IMG/VR virus record: IMGVR_UViG_3300045988_065517
Location: 1 to 51,874 of that record
Source of the DNA: a virus
Length of the DNA: 51,874 nucleotides
Direction: 5' to 3' (one strand)
Shown here: in pieces, positions 45,446 to 51,874 of the stretch
Numbering within the stretch: the stretch's first letter is position 1
How the letters are laid out: the number at the start of each line of letters is the position of its first letter
Position numbers and translations under genes: made by a program
The notes under the pieces: generated by a model
The model's input: only the letters and a program-made list of their open reading frames with translations
Database searches by the model: none
Told to the model about the DNA's origin: nothing

Positions 45446-46692
45446 TGGATATATACTATATTAATTCACAAGGCGAGAAATTAGATTTAGTTACCTACCC
45501 TTATCTAATGCTTGCCGATACAGATTTATTTGACTATACTTGGAGTAACACAACCAAAGGGACAAGCTTCCCTAGAATAAGTTCTTTTAGTCGAAGTATG
45601 GTTCAGAAAAAGATTAAGATTAGAGTTAAAGGGTTGAATGACCAAGATTATCTAAATAACATAGAAAAGATTACTGCTTTCTTTGATGCTGATGTAGTTA
45701 AGTTATCACCTGGCAGATTATATGTAGATAATTACTATTTAGATTGCTATATATTTGCTAGTTCTAAAAGCAGTAAGTACTTGATGGTTAATAACTCAAC
45801 AGTTCAGTTTACATTGTTATCACCTGATGGTAATTGGAAGACGTCTAATATATTCCATTTTGGTAAATCCACAAGCTCAGATGTAGATAATGGTATGCCA
45901 AGTACAAATATTGCACTAAATAAATCCGTTACTGCTTCAGGTTATGAAAATGTGGCTAGTTTACCTATGAATGTAGTAGATGGAGATTTAGGAACAAGGT
46001 GGTCATCTAACTTTGCAGATGATGCTTGGGTAGCTATTGATTTGGGTGAGCAGTATTATTTAGAAAGCATAAAGATATACTGGAAAACTGCTTATGCAAC
46101 AAACTATAATATACTTGTATCTAATGATGGTATAAGTTGGTCAACACTTAAAAGTATGAGAAATATGTCTGGTGGAACAGACGAGATAGTATTAGAGGGT
46201 GTAAACTATTATAGATTTATTAAGTTTCAAGGTATAACTAGAGCACTCCCAGCATATGGTTATTCCATATATGAGTTTGAAGTTTATGGTAAAAGCACTT
46301 CATCATTTTTAGACTATCCATTAGATTATTTATATGACTATACTAATGATATAAGGATAAATAGTTTAACTAATGATGGTTATGCTGCTTCTGATTTTAA
46401 ACTTACAATATATGGTAAATGTAGTGACCCACTGATAAGTATTGGAGATTGGAATTATGGTGCAACTGATGTGGATTTAAGCACAGGCGAAAAACTTATA
46501 ATTGATTCCGTAAATAAGAAAGTTTATAAGATAACTGTAACAGGTGCAATAGAGAACCTATTTAGTCACAGATTAAAAGATTTCTATGCTTTTCAAAAGA
46601 TTGCAGTGGGTCAGAACATAGTTGGTTGGAATGGAGCATATGCTTTTGATGTTGAGTTATTTGAAGATAGGAGTGAGCCAAAATGGACTTAA
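45445..46692 (+). CDS. Distal tail protein (Dit) with an inserted F5/8 type C (discoidin) carbohydrate-binding domain
   Basis: Position after the TMP. NIALNKSVTASG...VVDGDLGTRWSS...AWVAIDLG...I.IYW....A..Y.I.VS.DG..W matches the discoidin signature. Confidence 0.7.
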   Translation: MDIYYINSQGEKLDLVTYPYLMLADTDLFDYTWSNTTKGTSFPRISSFSRSMVQKKIKIRVKGLNDQDYLNNIEKITAFFDADVVKLSPGRLYVDNYYLDCYIFASSKSSKYLMVNNSTVQFTLLSPDGNWKTSNIFHFGKSTSSDVDNGMPSTNIALNKSVTASGYENVASLPMNVVDGDLGTRWSSNFADDAWVAIDLGEQYYLESIKIYWKTAYATNYNILVSNDGISWSTLKSMRNMSGGTDEIVLEGVNYYRFIKFQGITRALPAYGYSIYEFEVYGKSTSSFLDYPLDYLYDYTNDIRINSLTNDGYAASDFKLTIYGKCSDPLISIGDWNYGATDVDLSTGEKLIIDSVNKKVYKITVTGAIENLFSHRLKDFYAFQKIAVGQNIVGWNGAYAFDVELFEDRSEPKWT

Positions 46693-48599
46693 TCTATACA
46701 GATAGTAATAGAGTAGATTTAGGAATAATTCCAGAATATAAGATTGACTTAGCTTTTGGTAAAGATGAGAATGACTTTGAGATAGAATTAGCTATTGATA
46801 ACGCTTGTCTAGAGCCTAATAACTTTGTATATTATGAGAATACTCAGTATGGCGGTATTATTGATAATGTAAACCCGGACACAAGTTCTGAAACTGTTAA
46901 ATATAATGGAAGAACCTGGCACGGAATAATGGACAGTAAAGTGGTCAGCCCTGATAAGGGGCAAGACCATCTTACTTTGAACGGGGAAGCCAATGTAATA
47001 ATCCAACAATTATTAGTTAGGGTAGGTTTAACTAGTTTATTTACAGTAGTCACAGAAGATAGCAATATAGTAATAAATAACTATAATTTTCCAAGGTATA
47101 TAGGATTGTATCAAGGTTTAAGGAAGATGCTATATGAGTTTGGAGGTAAACTAAACTTAATATTCTTTAATGGGAAAGTTATATTAAGTGTGTCCCCTTA
47201 TGTTGACTATAGCAAAGATGAAGAATGGGATACTAGTGAATTTGCTATGGCAATAAATAAGCATTTTAATCCCGTAAACCATCTATATTGTTTAGGTTCT
47301 GGAGATTTAAAAGATAGACACGTTATTGAGTTATTTACTGATGGAAATGGTGGTATACAACCTTACTCAACTATTGATGAACCTTATATGGACAGTCAGT
47401 ATATATTAGACTCAAGAAATCAAGTATTTACCGGGTTATTAGACAGAAGTCAAGTGTATGATTATAATGGAGCACAAACCGCAGAGAACTACGAGAAAAT
47501 ACAAGAGAAACCACAGAGCTGGGAACAACCTTATATATTTACTCAGTATTATATATATGATGCTACTTCTAACTCATATAACCAGATAGAAAGAGAATTT
47601 GATGAAGTTTATGAGAATCTTACAACTAAACCTCTTGACTGGAATTGGAACTACTCTTCATATTATTATAAAGATGGAGAAAACTATAAAAGTGTAGATG
47701 ATAGTTTATTAGTTGTAGACACTGACTATCTTAAACTTGATGGAGAACCTGTTGACTGGAAGAAAAATTATAAGAATTACTTTGAGTATTATAGTGATGG
47801 AACACCTGAAGGAACTGGTTATAAAGCAGTAGAACCTTATAAGTATACAAAGTATACTAAACAGACTATTAAACCATCAGATTGGTCATCTAATAAAGGT
47901 AATTACTATGTTAAAGTAGAACATTGGGAATACACTTACACTATTAAGAAAAAACGTAGTGGTGTGTGGGATAAATGGGAAGCAACTTATAAATATAAAA
48001 TACCTACTTTTAATAAGAAAGATTATAAGATTAGTCTTAAATCTTCAAAACTGGTAAAAACCGAGTATGTTAAGATTTTTGACTTAGTTAAAAAGCCAGA
48101 AGACTACTTAGATGAGAAACCTACACCTAAAGTTAAGATGTCGGATTTTAAATCTTGGAAAGACTCTAAGTATGCACCATTTTATACAGCGGTAAGTAAA
48201 GAAAGAGCTCCAGATTTCTATGCTAAAACTTATTACTGGAAAAATGAAGCAACAAGCAGTCCAGAATGGGTATCAGGAAAGTTTTATGCTAAGACAGAAA
48301 AAGAGATAATACCACCATTTATAACTGGATACTATTATAGGAAGGTTTATGATAACTATGCTGACTTAGTTACCAATGGTATTGCAAAACTACAAGAATA
48401 TTGGAGTTTAGATTCAGTTACTATTTCTTTAACTACAGATGAGCAAGAGTATGATGTTGGAGACGTGGTAGGTGCAACTGAGAATATTACTAAAGTTGCA
48501 ATAACTTCTCAGATAACTAAAAAAATAGTCACTATAGAAAATAATAAGATATCAGTCCAGTATGAGCTGGGTAATGATGATACAACTAACGAGTATTAA
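46683..48599 (+). CDS. Tail-associated / baseplate hub protein (Tal-like)
   Basis: Position after Dit. The N-terminus MDLIYTDSNRVDLGIIPEYKIDLAFGKDENDFE is typical of siphovirus tail proteins. Tyr/Lys/Trp-rich C-terminal half. Confidence 0.6.
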   Translation: MDLIYTDSNRVDLGIIPEYKIDLAFGKDENDFEIELAIDNACLEPNNFVYYENTQYGGIIDNVNPDTSSETVKYNGRTWHGIMDSKVVSPDKGQDHLTLNGEANVIIQQLLVRVGLTSLFTVVTEDSNIVINNYNFPRYIGLYQGLRKMLYEFGGKLNLIFFNGKVILSVSPYVDYSKDEEWDTSEFAMAINKHFNPVNHLYCLGSGDLKDRHVIELFTDGNGGIQPYSTIDEPYMDSQYILDSRNQVFTGLLDRSQVYDYNGAQTAENYEKIQEKPQSWEQPYIFTQYYIYDATSNSYNQIEREFDEVYENLTTKPLDWNWNYSSYYYKDGENYKSVDDSLLVVDTDYLKLDGEPVDWKKNYKNYFEYYSDGTPEGTGYKAVEPYKYTKYTKQTIKPSDWSSNKGNYYVKVEHWEYTYTIKKKRSGVWDKWEATYKYKIPTFNKKDYKISLKSSKLVKTEYVKIFDLVKKPEDYLDEKPTPKVKMSDFKSWKDSKYAPFYTAVSKERAPDFYAKTYYWKNEATSSPEWVSGKFYAKTEKEIIPPFITGYYYRKVYDNYADLVTNGIAKLQEYWSLDSVTISLTTDEQEYDVGDVVGATENITKVAITSQITKKIVTIENNKISVQYELGNDDTTNEY

Positions 48600-48611
48600 A
48601 GGAGGTATATT

Positions 48612-49457
48612 ATGGCATTAGAATTAGTTACAGGTTATGTGGGAAAACCTCATATAACTTCTCAGCAAGATGCAACACTAAATGCTGCTGCACTTGAGAC
48701 AACAGGTAAGTATATTATTAGTGTTGGTAATTCTTTTGATTACGAACTGGAAAGTAATACACTTATTAAAATCAACAATGGTTATGCCATCAACCAAGGA
48801 AGATTGATGGGAATGGTAAACCACGACTATGAAGAATTAGAAATAAGCACAGGAATAAGTGGAGCTAAAAGAAGTGATTTAGTAGTTATCCATTATTCTA
48901 AAGATTCAACTACAGGAATAGAAAGTGCAGAATTAAGAATAATTGAAGGAACTGCTGGCGAGGATTATGTGGACCCAGAATACTTAGACAAAGATTTGCT
49001 TAACGAAGATAATCTGGAAGATGACTTAGTACTGTATAGAATCAACATAAATGGGTTAAGTGTTGAATCCGTAGAATTAGTTGCTAATACCTGGTATTTA
49101 GATACTGGAAGGCGTGAAGACTTGCTAGATACTTCCGGTGTGAATTATGTATCAGGACCTCCAGAATATACCCAAGAACCTTTCTATATGAGATTAGAAG
49201 GTAATAAATGTACTATAGGAGGTACTAGATATATTTCTGCGTCTACAGATAATAGTAATCCAACAACTATAACTTTTGATAAAAAATATGCTCCTAAAAC
49301 TTATAGAAGTCGGATTAAGTCAAGAAGTTATATGACTACTGAGATTAAAGACTATATCACTATTACTTCTGAAGGTAAGATAACAGTATGGACTACTTTT
49401 GGTTATCCAATGCAACTTGACTTAGAAGAACTTATAGGAACTTATACTTTAGATTAA
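48612..49457 (+). CDS. Tail fibre / receptor-binding candidate
   Basis: Last structural ORF before the lysis genes. No recognised motif. Confidence 0.4.
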   Translation: MALELVTGYVGKPHITSQQDATLNAAALETTGKYIISVGNSFDYELESNTLIKINNGYAINQGRLMGMVNHDYEELEISTGISGAKRSDLVVIHYSKDSTTGIESAELRIIEGTAGEDYVDPEYLDKDLLNEDNLEDDLVLYRININGLSVESVELVANTWYLDTGRREDLLDTSGVNYVSGPPEYTQEPFYMRLEGNKCTIGGTRYISASTDNSNPTTITFDKKYAPKTYRSRIKSRSYMTTEIKDYITITSEGKITVWTTFGYPMQLDLEELIGTYTLD

Positions 49458-49516
49458 AGCTATACAATTTAGCTAAGTTTTGTTATAATATTTAAAAAGA
49501 TAGGAGGTAAAATACT

Positions 49517-49714
49517 ATGAAGTTATCTAAAGTAACAAAGAAACAAATTATTGATGTTCTTATTAGAACAGGAAAAACTTTTGTGGTAGCAGGAATAGTA
49601 TCAGTACAAGCTTTGGGTGATGTTGATGCTAAGACAGCAATTATTGCTTTTGGTTCTGCAGGACTTACTGCCATCTGGAACCTTATTATTAAAGCATTTA
49701 CTGAGGAGGAGTAA
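49517..49714 (+). CDS. Holin
   Basis: 65 aa with two hydrophobic helices and a charged C-terminus (TEEE). Directly upstream of the amidase. Confidence 0.65.
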   Translation: MKLSKVTKKQIIDVLIRTGKTFVVAGIVSVQALGDVDAKTAIIAFGSAGLTAIWNLIIKAFTEEE

Positions 49715-49717
49715 GTT

Positions 49718-50227
49718 ATGAAGATTTATAAGAAATTAGCAAAAAGTATATCTTATTCTAGTATTAAGAGAAAAAGAAAAGATGTAAAGTATATAGTGAT
49801 ACATTATACTGGCAACAAAGGAGATACGGCTAAGAATAATGCTATATATTTTGCTACTAATAATACTCGAGAAGCTGGTGCTCATTTCTTTGTTGGACCA
49901 AAAGGTGCAGTTTGGAGAAGTATTCCTATGAATAGAACAGCTTGGGCAGTTGGTGGTGACCAAAGATGTGGTAAATCTGGAGAAGCTACATATTATGGTA
50001 AGTGTACTAATGCAAACTCTGTTAGCATTGAGTTATGTGATTGCTTAACATCTTACACATCTAAACAAGCAAAATCTGTTAAGAAACTTATTAAGTATAT
50101 CCGTAGATACTGTCCTAATGCTAAAACTATAATTAGACATTGGGATGTAAATGGCAAGAACTGCCCAGCTCCTATGACCGGAAAGAATAATGCTATGTGG
50201 GAAAAATTTAAGAAGGAGATTAACTAG
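49718..50227 (+). CDS. N-acetylmuramoyl-L-alanine amidase (Amidase_2/PGRP-type endolysin)
   Basis: IVIHYTGN, AHFFVG, NSVSIELC and HWDVNGKNCP motifs. Confidence 0.85.
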   Translation: MKIYKKLAKSISYSSIKRKRKDVKYIVIHYTGNKGDTAKNNAIYFATNNTREAGAHFFVGPKGAVWRSIPMNRTAWAVGGDQRCGKSGEATYYGKCTNANSVSIELCDCLTSYTSKQAKSVKKLIKYIRRYCPNAKTIIRHWDVNGKNCPAPMTGKNNAMWEKFKKEIN

Positions 50228-50490
50228 TGACTAGCGAGATTATTGTAGCTTTGATTACTTGTGGTGGTACACTTTGTGGTGTATGGTTGCAGAATAGAAA
50301 GCATAATAGAGATATAACTGAACTTATTGAATACCGAGTTAGTAAGCTTGAAGAAAAACAAGACAAGCATAATAACTTAATAGAAAGAGTATATGAAATA
50401 GAGGGAGCTATAAATCTATTAGATGATAGAGTAAAAGCAGCAAACCGTAGGATAAAGGATTTAGAGGAGGACACAAAAGATGGAAGATAA
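50227..50490 (+). CDS. Membrane-anchored coiled-coil protein, a lysis accessory candidate
   Basis: GTG start overlapping the amidase stop. N-terminal TM segment followed by a heptad region. Confidence 0.5.
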   Translation: MTSEIIVALITCGGTLCGVWLQNRKHNRDITELIEYRVSKLEEKQDKHNNLIERVYEIEGAINLLDDRVKAANRRIKDLEEDTKDGR

Positions 50491-50737
50491 CACCTTAGCA
50501 ATGGAATTACTTCATCAGTTAAAATCTAATATGAAGAAGTGGTTTATAGCATTTATCATAGTTTTGATTATGTTCTTTGCTAGTAATATTGCTTGGCTAT
50601 ATGCTTGGAATTTACCAGCAGAAACGTCAACCACAACTACAACATATGATGCTAATAGTGAAGATAATGGTAATGCTATTATAAATGATAGCGGAAAGGT
50701 TAATGTAAATGGCGAAGGCAACGAAGACAGTAACTAG
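50480..50737 (+). CDS. Single-pass membrane protein
   Basis: WFIAFIIVLIMFFASNIAWLYAW TM segment and an Asn/Thr/Gly-rich tail. Confidence 0.5.
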   Translation: MEDNTLAMELLHQLKSNMKKWFIAFIIVLIMFFASNIAWLYAWNLPAETSTTTTTYDANSEDNGNAIINDSGKVNVNGEGNEDSN

Positions 50738-50819
50738 AACTGTTGTAAAAAGGACTAGACGTCCAGCTAGACGGACAGTCACAAGACGACCTACAAATAG
50801 AAGAAGGAGAAGGGCATAA
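50709..50819 (+). CDS. 36-aa extremely Arg-rich ORF overlapping the preceding gene end
   Basis: MAKATKTVTRTVVKRTRRPARRTVTRRPTNRRRRRA, with a GGAAAGG RBS-like sequence upstream. Coding status is uncertain. Confidence 0.35.
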   Translation: MAKATKTVTRTVVKRTRRPARRTVTRRPTNRRRRRA

Positions 50820-50820
50820 T

Positions 50821-51021
50821 ATGGTTATATCAGATTTCACAAAACCAGAATTAGATTACTTACGATAAAACTGTAACTTTGTAAATCTGGAAATAGATTT
50901 ATTTGAAAGACGAAGCCAAGGTGATACATTGGAAACAATAGCTGATGACTTAAATATATCTATTGATTATGCACGGAAACTTAGTCAGAAAGTCAATAAG
51001 AAAATTATACAGGTATTATAA
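50821..51021 (+). pseudogene. Sigma-70 region-4-like HTH regulator ORF interrupted by an in-frame TAA (50866-50868)
   Basis: MVISDFTKPELDYLR*NCNFVNLEIDLFERRSQGDTLETIADDLNISIDYARKLSQKVNKKIIQVL. The HTH lies in the distal part. GGAGAAGG RBS. Confidence 0.55.
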
Positions 51022-51045
51022 TCCCATTACATTTTAATTACATTT

Positions 51046-51086
51046 AAGACGCATTTTAACTACATTGTTAAGTGCGTCTTTTTTGT
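51046..51086 (+). terminator. Rho-independent terminator
   Basis: AAGACGCA...TTAAC-loop-GTTAA..TGCGTCTT followed by T6. Confidence 0.85.
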
Positions 51087-51133
51087 TTAGAATTTAATTA
51101 TAAACAAAACACAAGTGAGAAAGGAGAACTGGT

Positions 51134-51265
51134 ATGGATAGAGAATTCTTAAGACTGCTAATGCAGAAAGAAGGAATACAAGACATACCAGTTCTTCATA
51201 TTATAAAGATACTTGTAGCAATAGCGGAGATAAATGATGATACTAACAAGAGAAGAATTATATAA
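51134..51265 (+). CDS. 43-aa hypothetical ORF
   Basis: AAGGAG RBS 7 nt upstream of the ATG. Confidence 0.45.
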   Translation: MDREFLRLLMQKEGIQDIPVLHIIKILVAIAEINDDTNKRRII

Positions 51266-51401
51266 GTTAGACCCTTTAGTGTTAACTAGAGGATTATTGG
51301 AATTTAATGAATATATAAGAAAGGAATTTGGTAATGATGATGAACGGAAATCCAATGATGATGAATCCACAATATCCAGTAAACAACTTTATGGGGAGTA
51401 A
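51234..51401 (+). CDS. 55-aa hypothetical ORF overlapping both neighbours
   Basis: ATGATG start after GGAG. MMILTREELYKLDPLVLTRGLLEFNEYIRKEFG.... Confidence 0.35.
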   Translation: MMILTREELYKLDPLVLTRGLLEFNEYIRKEFGNDDERKSNDDESTISSKQLYGE

Positions 51402-51756
51402 TCCAAATTTTCCTACTAATAATTTTGCTGGTATAACACCTGTTCAGAATGAACCTGTAAATAACTTAATAAGGGTAACTGGGATTGATGGTGCAAAAGC
51501 ATACCAGATGCAACCTAATAGCACAGTTGCGCTATTTGATAGCAGTGAAGACATTATGTATGTTAAATCCACAGATGGTGCAGGTTTTCCTACTATAAGA
51601 ACTTTTTCTTTTAGTCCTATAGAACAGAAACAAGAAGTAGCACCAGTAGTTGATTATATTAGTAGAGAAGAATTTGAAGAATTTAAAAAGGAGATGAAGC
51701 AGTATGGCAAGCAGTCTATTCAGCAATCAAAATCTAAACCAAAACTTACAGAGTAG
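51334..51756 (+). CDS. Hypothetical protein with a Met/Asn/Pro-rich low-complexity N-terminus
   Basis: MMMNGNPMMMNPQYPVNNF..., followed by a globular segment IRVTGIDGAKAYQMQPNSTVALFDS. The ATG at 51334 is preferred over the TTG at 51328. Confidence 0.55.
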   Translation: MMMNGNPMMMNPQYPVNNFMGSNPNFPTNNFAGITPVQNEPVNNLIRVTGIDGAKAYQMQPNSTVALFDSSEDIMYVKSTDGAGFPTIRTFSFSPIEQKQEVAPVVDYISREEFEEFKKEMKQYGKQSIQQSKSKPKLTE

Positions 51757-51874
51757 CGGGTTTAACCCAGAAGCAATACAGTCAGTTAAAAGGATGGCAA
51801 GTATGTTAAAAGGTAAAGGTAACCCTATGCAGATATTACAGATGATGGGAGGACAGAATCCTCAATTAAACCAA
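51704..51874 (+). CDS. 5' part of the junction-spanning small ORF (continues at nt 1-201 through the overlap)
   Basis: ATG at 51704 after AAGGAG. The full product would be 90 aa: MASSLFSNQNLNQNLQSSGFNPEAIQSVKRMASMLKGKGNPMQILQMMGGQNPQLNQALCGVVRYPNATTYSAGFSPYFNTGCGCCGTTV. Confidence 0.5.
   Translation, partial: MASSLFSNQNLNQNLQSSGFNPEAIQSVKRMASMLKGKGNPMQILQMMGGQNPQLNQ
51776..51874. repeat. Second copy of the 99-bp terminal overlap
   Basis: Identical to nt 1-99. Confidence 0.95.

Noticed and set aside
1-51874. Genome-wide stop-codon reassignment (TAG or TAA read as Gln)
   Set aside because: All large genes (polymerase, terminase, portal, TMP and others) give full-length ORFs in the standard code and end at sensible positions with coupled downstream starts. 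Only isolated small genes carry internal stops.
1-51874. CRISPR arrays, reverse transcriptase/DGR elements, transposases, homing endonucleases
   Set aside because: I saw no spaced direct-repeat arrays, no YxDD polymerase motif, and no HNH, LAGLIDADG or GIY-YIG signatures in the translated ORFs. The repeat families present are promoter cassettes and operator-like arrays.

Overview
The window is one complete tailed-phage dsDNA genome. It is closed on itself, because nt 1-99 are identical to nt 51776-51874, giving a unit length of 51775 bp. The sequence is AT-rich with strong AGGAGG-type ribosome-binding sites, which suggests a low-GC Gram-positive host. All credible genes lie on the + strand. 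I recognised no integrase or repressor, so the phage is probably virulent. Gene order: (1) an accessory block spanning the junction (51134-51874 plus 1-1825), containing a Cys-rich-tailed small protein and a C1q/BclA-C-terminal-like protein; (2) an early/replication region (1936-31366) with an SNF2 helicase, a winged-helix replication initiator with candidate origin elements, a DnaC-like loader, a DnaB-like helicase, a primase, tRNA-Gln(UUG), a gp32-like SSB, a family A DNA polymerase, a 7-deazaguanine (preQ0) DNA-modification island (DpdA-like transglycosylase, DUF6884-like, QueC, QueD, QueE, FolE), a beta-clamp, a Cas4-like nuclease, RuvC, a RecA-like recombinase, an Hjc/RecU-like nuclease and a bacterial-type clamp loader (DnaX-, delta'- and delta-like); (3) a late region (31383-50737) with a fibre-like repeat protein, TerS, TerL, portal, head morphogenesis, scaffold, capsid, connectors, major tail protein, chaperones, tape measure, Dit with an F5/8 type C domain, a Tal-like protein, holin and amidase; (4) a sigma-region-4-like regulator ORF (50821-51021). 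Points worth a second look: seven copies of a conserved promoter/5'UTR cassette; interleaved 17-bp and 26-bp inverted repeats in the initiator leader; iteron-like repeats inside the initiator gene; a dense GTTA(A/G)TAA array before the scaffold/capsid operon; two small genes broken by in-frame TAG/TAA codons one transition away from Gln codons, one of them beside the phage tRNA-Gln; a triplicated N-terminal motif in the DpdA-like gene; and a clamp plus clamp loader paired with only a Pol I-type polymerase. All functional calls rest on motif recognition by eye. No database search was possible.
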